A DNA stretch of 49,659 bases from positions 1-49,659 of the forward strand of contig CAJJBM010000027.1 in the NCBI GenBank assembly GCA_905182445.1. The letters are read 5' to 3'. Made by a program: the position numbers and the translations under genes. This DNA comes from Pelagibacteraceae bacterium AG-422-B15 (GTDB lineage Bacteria > Pseudomonadota > Alphaproteobacteria > Pelagibacterales > AG-422-B15). Under the pieces are notes generated by a model. It was not told the origin of the DNA. It ran no database searches and was given only the letters and a program-made list of their open reading frames with translations. Positions within the stretch are counted from its first letter, which is position 1. Each line of letters begins with the position of its first letter. This document shows, in pieces, positions 16,777 through 25,647 of the stretch.

Positions 16777-17907
16777 ATGGAATTTATCCCAAATAAAAAT
16801 TTTGCTGAAAATCATCTAAAGAACTTTATTGAAAAATATATTTTAGATTATTCAAAGCTTAGAAATTTTGATTATGGGCCACAAAATAGAAATAATATTT
16901 CATTATTATCACCTTACATTTCTCATAGAGTTTTGTTTGAGTTTGATGTTGTTAAAGATGTATTAGGAAAATTCCCTTATTTGAAGGTTGATAAATTTGT
17001 TCAAGAGATTTTTTGGAGAGTTTATTGGAAGGGTTGGCTAGAATTAAGACCAACTGTGTGGGATGATTTTACTTCAAGTTTAGACAACATTAAAACTAGT
17101 CAGGGTTACGTTGAGGCTATTAATGCTAATACTAATATTAAATGTTTTAACGAATGGGTAATCGAACTTAAACACTATAACTATTTACATAACCATACCA
17201 GAATGTGGTTTGCTAGTATTTGGATTTTTACTCTTAAATTGCCATGGCAATTAGGTGCTGCATTTTTCTTAGAACATTTATTAGATGGAGATGCTGCATC
17301 TAATACACTTAGCTGGAAATGGGTTGCTGGATTACAAACTAAAGGGAAACATTATTTAGCTAAATCATGGAATATTGAAAAATTTACATTCAATAGGTTT
17401 AAAGATATCAAATTAAATGAGTCTGCTGAAGCAATAATTGAAGACCGCATGTACGAATTATGTAAACTGCCATTTTCAAGTACAGAAATAAAAAATGATT
17501 CTTTAATAGTATTTGATTCTGATTTATTCATTGCAGAATATTCAGACAACTATAAAAATATTTATTTTATTGATATTGAAAATGAATATAGAAAAATAAA
17601 ATTAAGTGAAAATGTAATTAATTTTAAAAAGGCCTTGATACAAAATATTTGTAGAGATTTTTCAAATACTAAAGTAGTAAACCATGTTGAAATTAAAAAT
17701 ATTAGTGAAACAATCAAAGAATTTGATGTTGTATATCCATTTATAGGTGAAAATTTAGATTATTTAAAAAAATTAGAACAATCACTTCAACTAAAGTTAA
17801 ATATGATTATAAAAAAAGAAGACTTATTTTGTTGGCAGTTTTCAAATAAAGGTTATTTTAACTTCAAGAGTAATATACCAAAAATTTTAGGAAAATTCAT
17901 TTTATAA
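16777..17907 (+). CDS. Photolyase/cryptochrome-superfamily protein with inverted topology (FAD domain first; NewPHL-type)
   Basis: Residues 1 to about 200 align by eye to the C-terminal FAD_binding_7 domain of class I photolyase. Examples are LLSPYISHRVL, EIFWRVYWKGW and HNHTRMWFASIW...LLDGDAASNTLSWKWVAG. About 170 further residues follow instead of an N-terminal alpha/beta domain. Confidence 0.75.
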   Translation: MEFIPNKNFAENHLKNFIEKYILDYSKLRNFDYGPQNRNNISLLSPYISHRVLFEFDVVKDVLGKFPYLKVDKFVQEIFWRVYWKGWLELRPTVWDDFTSSLDNIKTSQGYVEAINANTNIKCFNEWVIELKHYNYLHNHTRMWFASIWIFTLKLPWQLGAAFFLEHLLDGDAASNTLSWKWVAGLQTKGKHYLAKSWNIEKFTFNRFKDIKLNESAEAIIEDRMYELCKLPFSSTEIKNDSLIVFDSDLFIAEYSDNYKNIYFIDIENEYRKIKLSENVINFKKALIQNICRDFSNTKVVNHVEIKNISETIKEFDVVYPFIGENLDYLKKLEQSLQLKLNMIIKKEDLFCWQFSNKGYFNFKSNIPKILGKFIL

Positions 17908-18012
17908 ATAAAAAATATTATATTTTAGGATGTTGTTAATTAATTTATTATAGTATCCTCACGATGTTTCGGTGTAGATTCTACTCAACTCTTTTTTAAT
18001 AAAGGAAAAAAA

Positions 18013-18531
18013 ATGATTAAAAAATTATATATACTAACACTTTTGACAGTTTTTTCTTTTTCTACACACTCTTTTGCTGATAAAAATATGATGAGCGTCG
18101 GTACAGAAGGTAAAAGTAATGAGGTTACAAGAATAATAAAAATTAAAATGTATGATAACTATTTCGAACCAAACTCTTTCAATTTTAAAGCCGAAGAAAC
18201 AGTAAAGTTTGAGGTAGAAAACTTTGGTGAGTTAGTTCACGAATTTAACATAGCTAATGCTATGATGCACAAAAAGCACCAACCAGAAATGCAAATGATG
18301 GTTGAGAATGAAATCTTATTAGGAGATAGCATTGATAGAAAAAAAATGGCAAAGATGGCAAAATTAGATAAATCTATGAGCCACCAACATAGTAATAGTG
18401 TTTTGTTAGAACCAAAAGAGAAGCAATATTTAATTTGGAAATTTTCTAAAGCACAAAATATTGAAATAGCCTGCAATGTTCCTGGTCATTATGACGTCGG
18501 TATGATTGCGCAAGTAAAAATTGATCAATGA
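18013..18531 (+). CDS. Periplasmic cupredoxin, diverged paralogue of the CopI-like protein at 23069-23593
   Basis: Signal peptide. H(EFN) and CNVPGHYDVGM type 1 Cu ligands. Collinear with the 174-aa protein (GELVHEFNI..., SVLLEP..., IACNVPGHYDVGM). Confidence 0.8.
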   Translation: MIKKLYILTLLTVFSFSTHSFADKNMMSVGTEGKSNEVTRIIKIKMYDNYFEPNSFNFKAEETVKFEVENFGELVHEFNIANAMMHKKHQPEMQMMVENEILLGDSIDRKKMAKMAKLDKSMSHQHSNSVLLEPKEKQYLIWKFSKAQNIEIACNVPGHYDVGMIAQVKIDQ

Positions 18532-18600
18532 TAGTAAAACACAATTGCTTAATTATTTCCTATTGTGGTCGAAGTGAGACAGAGTATTTATGTAAATTGC

Positions 18601-19698
18601 TTATTTTGGAAAGAAATTAATAATCTCAGACAAATTTTCTAAAACTTTATCGTCTTCCACATATGTCTCCCCAAGCCTAACTACAACCATATCTTTTGAA
18701 GGTATCATTAATATATATTGACCACCAAAACCTGCGCAAAAATAGGTATCTTTTGGTATACTTATTGGGGAAGCTGGATGAGGCATCCAAAACTTGTTGC
18801 TGTACATTTTATAAGTATTTTTTGCAGGTTTTCTAGTGTCATCTATCCAACTTTTGGAAACTATCGTTTCTCCATCCCACTGCCCATCCCTTAAATAAAG
18901 ATATCCAAAACGCGCAAAATCTCTTGCATTTGCAAAAACAGAACTGCCCCCGATAAAAGTACCAGAATCATCAAATTCGAATATGGTATTTTTTAATCCA
19001 ATTTTACTAGATAAATTATCATTTATAAAATTCTGGTAATTTAAGTTTTGCTCTTGAAGTCTTAATTTAATAATTTTGCTTAAAATATTAGTCTCCCCAG
19101 TTGAGTAATTAAACTTCATACCAGGAGTAATGGATTTTAGGGCAAAAGAAGCTGCAAATGATGCTTGATCAAATCTTCCATTACCAAACAACATTTCAAG
19201 TGTATCTGACCTGCCATTACTGTCATATTGCTCAACAAAATCCAAACCAGATTGCATATTTAATAAATGAGAAATTGATATATTTTTTCTATTATCTTGC
19301 CACTCTTTTAATAAATTCTTTTCATCTTTGGATTCAATAAAACCTTTATCAATCATCATGCCAGTAAGTAATCCAATATAACTTTTTGCCATTGAATAAG
19401 AAATTAGCTTGGTATTTCTATTTATAGGCTCATTATATTTCTCATAAACAATGGAGCCATTTTGAACAATTAGCAGAGCATTTGTTCGTCCAAGAGTTTC
19501 AATAGATTCAGTTGAAAAAGTATAATCTATAATTTTTTTAAAATCTTGATCATCCAATTGTATTTTGTTTTCAGGCCAATGGTCTGTGGGCCATTCTAGT
19601 GATTCGTCATGCGATAATTGATTTATAATTGCAAATGATGGATTGACCATAAGCAGAATTAGAGATAATAAACTTATAACTTTATAAAAAGTATGCAT
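18601..19698 (-). CDS. Secreted serine hydrolase of the beta-lactamase / class C PBP-like family
   Basis: Signal peptide, S-x-x-K motif (YSMAKSY), and a Y-x-N-like motif YST(G). 365 aa. Confidence 0.75.
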   Translation of the reverse strand: MHTFYKVISLLSLILLMVNPSFAIINQLSHDESLEWPTDHWPENKIQLDDQDFKKIIDYTFSTESIETLGRTNALLIVQNGSIVYEKYNEPINRNTKLISYSMAKSYIGLLTGMMIDKGFIESKDEKNLLKEWQDNRKNISISHLLNMQSGLDFVEQYDSNGRSDTLEMLFGNGRFDQASFAASFALKSITPGMKFNYSTGETNILSKIIKLRLQEQNLNYQNFINDNLSSKIGLKNTIFEFDDSGTFIGGSSVFANARDFARFGYLYLRDGQWDGETIVSKSWIDDTRKPAKNTYKMYSNKFWMPHPASPISIPKDTYFCAGFGGQYILMIPSKDMVVVRLGETYVEDDKVLENLSEIINFFPK

Positions 19699-20031
19699 AA
19701 TTTTCTAAAGAACTTTTACTATATAATTACTGTTATTACATTAATTTTTTTACTTAAAATTAATTATGCTATGGCTGATGATACGCTTTTAGGACTTAAT
19801 GCAACTGCAAAACATTACTGCACATGTATATTCATATCAAATATAGAAAAAGATTACTGTGATTCATCTTACGACCTTATAATGGCTTCGACTGATGCAG
19901 ATCTGTTGAATCAAATTAAGATGATCGGATATGAAGTAGATTTCGAAAAAAAAGAAATTATTATTAAGCATGAAGATTACAAGATCAAATCAACTTTTTC
20001 AGAACAAACAGGGTGTTATTTTAAAAAATAA
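19693..20031 (+). CDS. Small secreted protein with 4 Cys, unknown function
   Basis: 112 aa. N-terminal signal-like helix ending AMA-DD. Cys residues in HYCTCIF, DYCD and GCYF. Confidence 0.5.
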   Translation: MHNFLKNFYYIITVITLIFLLKINYAMADDTLLGLNATAKHYCTCIFISNIEKDYCDSSYDLIMASTDADLLNQIKMIGYEVDFEKKEIIIKHEDYKIKSTFSEQTGCYFKK

Positions 20032-20054
20032 TCTACAGGATTGTGACAAAAGTT

Positions 20055-20498
20055 TTATTTATATCTTTTGCTATAAACATCTTGAATTTTGTTAGGCCAA
20101 ACTTTTTTTATATAGTCAATTAACTGCCATATCTCCTCATCGGCAAGGCTTTCATTACCTAACATCTTGCCTTTATAATTTGGATCAAAGCCCTGCACAC
20201 CATATTTTATAATCTTAAATAAATAATCTGGTGAATGATGCCATGTATGTCCACTGCCATTTAATGGTGGAGCTAAACGATGCCCATCTTCATCAAGTTT
20301 TGATTTCCAACCAGTTTGACCTTGTAGTTTTAATCCATGACAAGAGGCACAGTTATTTTGATAAAGGGTAATTACTGTTGGAGAAATTTCATCATTAATA
20401 TTTATATTAGATTGATCATTTACATTACTTTTAGAAAAATAATAAATTAAAATAATAAAGATTAATAAAATAACAAAGTAAGCTAAGTTTTTTTTCAT
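20055..20498 (-). CDS. Membrane-anchored monohaem cytochrome c
   Basis: N-terminal TM helix and CASCH haem motif. 147 aa. Downstream of copB on the same strand. Confidence 0.8.
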   Translation of the reverse strand: MKKNLAYFVILLIFIILIYYFSKSNVNDQSNININDEISPTVITLYQNNCASCHGLKLQGQTGWKSKLDEDGHRLAPPLNGSGHTWHHSPDYLFKIIKYGVQGFDPNYKGKMLGNESLADEEIWQLIDYIKKVWPNKIQDVYSKRYK

Positions 20499-20651
20499 AT
20501 TTATTCTTAATTATTCTATCAATTTTTATAAAACTCTAGGTTTATTAATAGTGAAAAGTTTAACACTTAATAAAAAAACTACAAGAGTGTGATGGGGGGG
20601 TTTGTTTAAGTGATGGATTTATTTTTCTAAAGAAACATAATTCAACCTTTT

Positions 20652-21380
20652 TTAGAACATAAATTTGATTCCAATTACTAAATTCCAAACTTCGACATCT
20701 TCATCTTCAGCCCGAGCAATATTTTTGGTACGTCCAAGCTTTCGCTCATAAGCAACTCCAATATATGGGGAAATTGCTCTATCAATGAGATCGTAACTTA
20801 AGCGTAAACTTGTTTCGATAGAATTAAGGCCTGACCCAACACCTATTTCCTTATCATCGGAAAAAGCAAAATCCATTTCAAAGGAAGGCTGAAGAATTAA
20901 ATAGTTTGTAATAAGAAGTTCATATTCAGCATCAAGTCTTGCAGATGTATTTCCCTTTTCGCTAAGAAAAATGTCCGCATCTACTTCTATCCATTGTGGA
21001 GCAAGACCTGTTATTCCCAAAGTGCCATACCATCGATCAGATCCTTTGGGGGTATCAAGTCTAACACCGGCTTTAACATCAAAGAAAGTTGATAGAGGCT
21101 TTGAGAGCATTAGTCTATTTTCTAATTCCTCATTATCCCCTGATTTTGTATTGATTTCACCACTCCCATACCAGTTCAAATTAATTTCATCGGTACCAAT
21201 AAATGCACTGCCACCCCAATTAAAAGTTTCTCCACTTTTATCACTAAAACGATATTCAAATTGTTCTAAGCTTGAGCCATAATAAAGTTTAGATTCCTTC
21301 CCATAAGATGGTAGTGAAAAAGTAATTGCAGCAATAAATAATGTTACACAAAAGTGTTTATTTTTTGAAATATTTTTCAT
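20652..21380 (-). CDS. copB: Copper resistance protein B family outer-membrane protein
   Basis: Signal peptide. CopB-like segments (GITGLAPQWIEVDADIFLSEKG, RLDAEYELLITNYLILQP, SPYIGVAYERKLG) and a terminal aromatic residue (FMF). It lacks the Met-rich N-terminal repeats of Pseudomonas CopB. Confidence 0.8.
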   Translation of the reverse strand: MKNISKNKHFCVTLFIAAITFSLPSYGKESKLYYGSSLEQFEYRFSDKSGETFNWGGSAFIGTDEINLNWYGSGEINTKSGDNEELENRLMLSKPLSTFFDVKAGVRLDTPKGSDRWYGTLGITGLAPQWIEVDADIFLSEKGNTSARLDAEYELLITNYLILQPSFEMDFAFSDDKEIGVGSGLNSIETSLRLSYDLIDRAISPYIGVAYERKLGRTKNIARAEDEDVEVWNLVIGIKFMF

Positions 21381-21395
21381 GTAGCACTATTTCTA

Positions 21396-23060
21396 CTACT
21401 GAACATTTGACATCAAGGATGCTTGTTGATTGGGAATACCTTCAACCACTATTTTACGAAACATACCACCATCCGCATGATAAGATAAATGACAATGAAA
21501 AGCCCATTCTCCTATCGCATCAACTTCTGTTTCTGTATAAAGTATGGTACCAGGTGCAACGCTAACTGTGTGCTTAATTGGGTTCCATTTATCAGCACCC
21601 GTGTCCAATATACTCCACATTCCATGAAGATGCATTGGATGTGACATCATTGTTTCATTAACAAACTTAAAACGAACACGTTCACCATATTGAAGTTTAA
21701 TAGGATCTGCATCTTCGTATTTTTTTCCATTTATAGACCAAATATAACGATCCATATTTCCCGTTAAGCGAATTTCAATTTCACGGGTGGCATCTCTATC
21801 TTTGTATAATATTTTTTGTGTTTTAAGATCTGAATAAGATAGAAACTTACCATCATTATCAGCTTTAGGAGTGAGACCACTCCCTACAGCATAAAATGGA
21901 TCAATCTTTGAGTTACCCATTTTCATTTGACTATGGTCCATTTTACCATCAACCATTTTCATTTTACTATGGTCCATACCTTCCATGGACATATCCATGT
22001 TTCCATGATCCATACTCATATCAGCCATAGTTAAGGATGGTTTATCTCCCATAGTAGGAATGTTGGCTTGCATACCTTCACGTGGTGCAAGTGTTGCTCT
22101 GCCAAAAGCTGATTTGGCCATAGAAGCTGCAAAAATACTATAAGCGATATCTTCTTCTGGCTTTACAATTACATCATAAGTTTCTGCAACAGCAATTCTA
22201 AATTCATCAACACGAACGGGTTGTATATTGTTACCGTCAGCTGCAACTACGGTCATCTTAAGGCCAGGAATCTTAATGTCAAAATAAGTCATTGCCGATG
22301 AATTAATAAATCTTAACCGAATTTTTTCACCTTTTTTAAATAAGCCCGTCCAATTATCACTGGCAGTTTTTCCATTGATTAAAGGAATAAAGCCTTGGAC
22401 ATCCTCAATATCAGTTTTCATCATTCTCATACTACCCCAAGCCTTACGATCATCCATGGTTTCAGATAAACCATTTTTTTTAGAATCTTTAAAAAAACCT
22501 ACTAATGTTTCTTGCTGGCGATTATAGTAATCAGGCATCATTTTAAGATTACGCATAATTCTGTCTCCAGAATGTGGATGTGCATCTGTTAACTGAATAA
22601 CATAATCACGGTCATACTTAAAAGGTTCGCGTCCCTTAGCTTCAATAACAATCGATCCATAAGCTCCATCTGGCTCTTGAAATCCAGAATGACTATGAAA
22701 CCAATAGGTTCCAGATTGAACAATTGGAAAATTATATGTGAATGATTCACCTGGTTTTATACCAGCATAACTAATATTTGGTACTCCATCTTGGTTATAG
22801 GGTAAAATTAATCCATGCCAATGAATAGAAGTCGTTACATCTAAATTATTAGTTACATTAATAGTAACATTTTCCCCTTCTTTAAAACGTAAGGTGGGCC
22901 CAGGTGTTGCTCCATTATAACCAATAGCTTGGCGTTTAAACTTACCTGTATCTAATGTAACTATATCAACGCTAAGATTATAAGTTTCAGCCATAGCAGA
23001 TAAGCTAAAAAATATTAAAAATATAAATGATGTTATTATTTTCATAAGATTCCTTTGCAT
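21396..23060 (-). CDS. copA: Multicopper oxidase CopA/PcoA type
   Basis: Cu-binding motifs HWHG, HSH, HPMHLHG and HCHLSYH. A Met/His-rich insert spans residues 345-385 (coords 21906-22028). Sec-type signal peptide. Confidence 0.9.
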   Translation of the reverse strand: MQRNLMKIITSFIFLIFFSLSAMAETYNLSVDIVTLDTGKFKRQAIGYNGATPGPTLRFKEGENVTINVTNNLDVTTSIHWHGLILPYNQDGVPNISYAGIKPGESFTYNFPIVQSGTYWFHSHSGFQEPDGAYGSIVIEAKGREPFKYDRDYVIQLTDAHPHSGDRIMRNLKMMPDYYNRQQETLVGFFKDSKKNGLSETMDDRKAWGSMRMMKTDIEDVQGFIPLINGKTASDNWTGLFKKGEKIRLRFINSSAMTYFDIKIPGLKMTVVAADGNNIQPVRVDEFRIAVAETYDVIVKPEEDIAYSIFAASMAKSAFGRATLAPREGMQANIPTMGDKPSLTMADMSMDHGNMDMSMEGMDHSKMKMVDGKMDHSQMKMGNSKIDPFYAVGSGLTPKADNDGKFLSYSDLKTQKILYKDRDATREIEIRLTGNMDRYIWSINGKKYEDADPIKLQYGERVRFKFVNETMMSHPMHLHGMWSILDTGADKWNPIKHTVSVAPGTILYTETEVDAIGEWAFHCHLSYHADGGMFRKIVVEGIPNQQASLMSNVQ

Positions 23061-23068
23061 AAATTTTA

Positions 23069-23593
23069 TTAATTCAATTTAACCATAGCAACCATTCCAA
23101 CATCATAATGGCCGGGAACATTGCAAGCTATTTCTAATGCTACTTCATCTTTAAATTTCCATATGATTTCATCTGACTTACCAGGTTCAAGTAGAACACT
23201 GTTTGGATCATCATGCTCCATAGTCATTCCATTTCCCATATCCATTTTCATAGCTTCTTGATTAATACGGTCTGATTCTAAGGCACCATGCTCTACCATC
23301 ATTAACATTTCATCTTGATGCTTTAAGTGCATATCAGCTGTGCCGATGTTAAATTCATGAACTAATTCTCCTTCATTTTTAACAATGAAACGAACTGTTT
23401 CACCAAGACTTATAGAAAAATTTTCTGGTTCGTAGTAATTATCAAGCATTGTCACTACAATGGTTCTACTAACATCGCTAGCTTTCCCAGGTTCTCCTGC
23501 ATGTCCACCAGAATGTTCACCGGCTGCATGAACCGGTGATGTTGATAAAGTTGCTAATAATATTGATATAGAGAATATAGATTTAAATTTCAT
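23069..23593 (-). CDS. Periplasmic cupredoxin with His-rich N-terminus and Met/His-rich loop (CopI-like)
   Basis: Signal peptide, then GEHSGGHAGEPG. Type 1 Cu ligands H(EFN) and CNVPGHYDVGM. Met/His-rich loop MKMDMGNGMTMEHDD. Ends 8 nt upstream of copA. Confidence 0.8.
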   Translation of the reverse strand: MKFKSIFSISILLATLSTSPVHAAGEHSGGHAGEPGKASDVSRTIVVTMLDNYYEPENFSISLGETVRFIVKNEGELVHEFNIGTADMHLKHQDEMLMMVEHGALESDRINQEAMKMDMGNGMTMEHDDPNSVLLEPGKSDEIIWKFKDEVALEIACNVPGHYDVGMVAMVKLN

Positions 23594-23728
23594 ATAATTT
23601 TTTCCTTTAGCCTAAAGATTATGGGTACTACTACATAAATAGTCTCTATTTTAATATAGACAATACCTTTAAAACAAAATTTATAGTAAAATTTAGAGTT
23701 TAGTAATGATCTAATTATTGGCTAATTT

Positions 23729-23818
23729 TGGCGGAAAGGAAGGGATTCGAACCCTCGATACGGTCACCCGCATACACGCTTTCCAAGCGTGCGCCTTCAG
23801 CCACTCGGCCACCTTTCC
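23729..23818 (-). tRNA. tRNA-Ser (anticodon GGA), CCA encoded
   Basis: The 90-nt minus-strand sequence GGAAAGG...CCTTTCC-G-CCA folds as a cloverleaf. Anticodon stem-loop is CACGC-TTGGAAA-GCGTG. It has a long variable arm and the T-loop TTCGAAT. Confidence 0.9.
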
Positions 23819-23825
23819 AAATTTA

Positions 23826-25628
23826 TTACTCTACTTTTAGCGCAGCAATAAATGCTTCTTGAGGTATATCAACCTTACCAAATGAACGCATTCGCTTCTT
23901 ACCTTTTTTTTGTTTATCTAATAGTTTTCTTTTTCTATCAGTAGCACCACCACCATGAATTTTTTCAATAACATTCTTTCTAAATCCACTAACAGTTTCA
24001 CGTGCAATAATTTTTCCACCTATTGCTGCTTGTATTGGAACCGCAAACTGATGTCTTGGTATTAATTCTTTTAATTTCTCGCAGACACCTCTACCTTTTT
24101 TTTCTGAAACTGATCTATGTACTATCATAGAGAGTGCATCAACTGGCTCTGCATTTACTAAGACACTTAATTTGACCAAATCACTTTCATTATAATTATC
24201 AATTTCGTAGTCAAAACTAGCATATCCACTTGAAATTGATTTTAATCGATCATAAAAATCAAAAACAATTTCGTTTAAAGGTAGGTTATATATCAATATT
24301 ACTCTTGATCCTGAATACGATAATTCTGATTGAATTCCCCTCTTGTCCTCACATAAACTAATTATGGTACCTAAATATTCTTCTGGAGAAATTATAGTAG
24401 CTTTGATCCAAGGTTCTGAAATGGTTTTAATTAATATAGCTTCAGGCATATCTGCTGGATTATGAAGTTCAATTTTTTTTCCATCAACCATTTCAATATT
24501 ATAGATAACACTTGGTGCAGTGGTAATTAGGTCAATGTCAAATTCTCTATCTAGTCTTTCAACTACAATTTCAAGATGAAGTAGCCCTAAAAAGCCACAT
24601 CTAAAACCCATGCCTAAGGCCGCTGAGGTTTCTTGTTCATAATGAAAACTTGAGTCATTCAATTTTAATTTGCCAAGTGAATCACGAAGAAACTTAAATT
24701 CGGCAGCATTTGAAGGAAATAGACCACAAAATACAACGGGCTGGCTGGGCTTAAATCCAGGTAAAGGTTGAGTTTTTTTATCTTTAGAAAGCATGATGGT
24801 GTCACCCACTTTAGTTTGTGCAACTTCTTTGATTGCTGCAGTTATATAACCTAATTCACCTGCATTGATTTCATTAGACTGAGTCATTTTTGGTGAAAAA
24901 TAACCAACTCGCTCAACAATATGATTACTATTGGCAGCATGAAATTTAATTTCCATACCTTTCTTTATAGAGCCGTTAATAACTCTAACCAGGATAACTA
25001 CTCCTAGATAACTATCGTACCAACTATCAACTAACATTGCCTTCAAACCATCTTCAGTATCTGACGTTTGCGGTGGACTAAAATTTGCTACTACACACTC
25101 GAGAACATCTTCAATACCTATTCCAGATTTAGCAGATATCTCTAGAACATTTTCAGTATCAATTCCCAAGATATTTTCTATTTGTTCTTTTACTCTTTCA
25201 GGATCCGCAGCTGGTAGATCTATCTTATTTAATACTGGTATAATTACATGATCATTTTCAACTGCTTGGTACAGATTAGCTAGAGTTTGTGCTTCGACAC
25301 CCTGACTTGCGTCAACAACTAATAATGAGCTTTCACAGGCAGATAGCGATCTGTTAACTTCATAACTAAAATCTACATGGCCTGGAGTATCAATAATATT
25401 AAGAATATATTCGTTTCCATCTTTGGCTTTATAAATAAGCCTTACAGTTTGTGCCTTTATAGTAATTCCTCTTTCTCTTTCAATATCCATGGAGTCGAGA
25501 ACCTGTTCTTTCATTTCACGGTCCGCTAGACCGCCACAAAATTGAATTAACCTATCGGCTAAAGTTGATTTGCCGTGATCAATATGTGCAATGATAGAGA
25601 AATTTCTAATATGGTTTAGTGGTTTCAT
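23826..25628 (-). CDS. lepA: Elongation factor 4
   Basis: 600 aa. G1 motif [21 protein letters not shown], and the typical LepA C-terminal domain. Confidence 0.95.
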   Translation of the reverse strand: MKPLNHIRNFSIIAHIDHGKSTLADRLIQFCGGLADREMKEQVLDSMDIERERGITIKAQTVRLIYKAKDGNEYILNIIDTPGHVDFSYEVNRSLSACESSLLVVDASQGVEAQTLANLYQAVENDHVIIPVLNKIDLPAADPERVKEQIENILGIDTENVLEISAKSGIGIEDVLECVVANFSPPQTSDTEDGLKAMLVDSWYDSYLGVVILVRVINGSIKKGMEIKFHAANSNHIVERVGYFSPKMTQSNEINAGELGYITAAIKEVAQTKVGDTIMLSKDKKTQPLPGFKPSQPVVFCGLFPSNAAEFKFLRDSLGKLKLNDSSFHYEQETSAALGMGFRCGFLGLLHLEIVVERLDREFDIDLITTAPSVIYNIEMVDGKKIELHNPADMPEAILIKTISEPWIKATIISPEEYLGTIISLCEDKRGIQSELSYSGSRVILIYNLPLNEIVFDFYDRLKSISSGYASFDYEIDNYNESDLVKLSVLVNAEPVDALSMIVHRSVSEKKGRGVCEKLKELIPRHQFAVPIQAAIGGKIIARETVSGFRKNVIEKIHGGGATDRKRKLLDKQKKGKKRMRSFGKVDIPQEAFIAALKVE

Positions 25629-25647
25629 GGTATGATAGTTTTAATAA

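Noticed and set aside
20971-21565. 103-aa and 74-aa plus-strand ORFs over copB and the copA 3' end
   Set aside because: They are antisense to genes with strong family signatures. The Ser/Pro/Leu-rich translation is typical of shadow frames.
17908-23728. Copper block as a tRNA-Ser-integrated genomic island with att repeats
   Set aside because: The orientation is compatible, since the block lies on the 3' side of the tRNA. However, I found no direct repeat of the tRNA 3' end at candidate far borders (17908-18012, 18532-18600, 20499-20651) and no integrase or transposase. Kept only as a comparative-genomics question.
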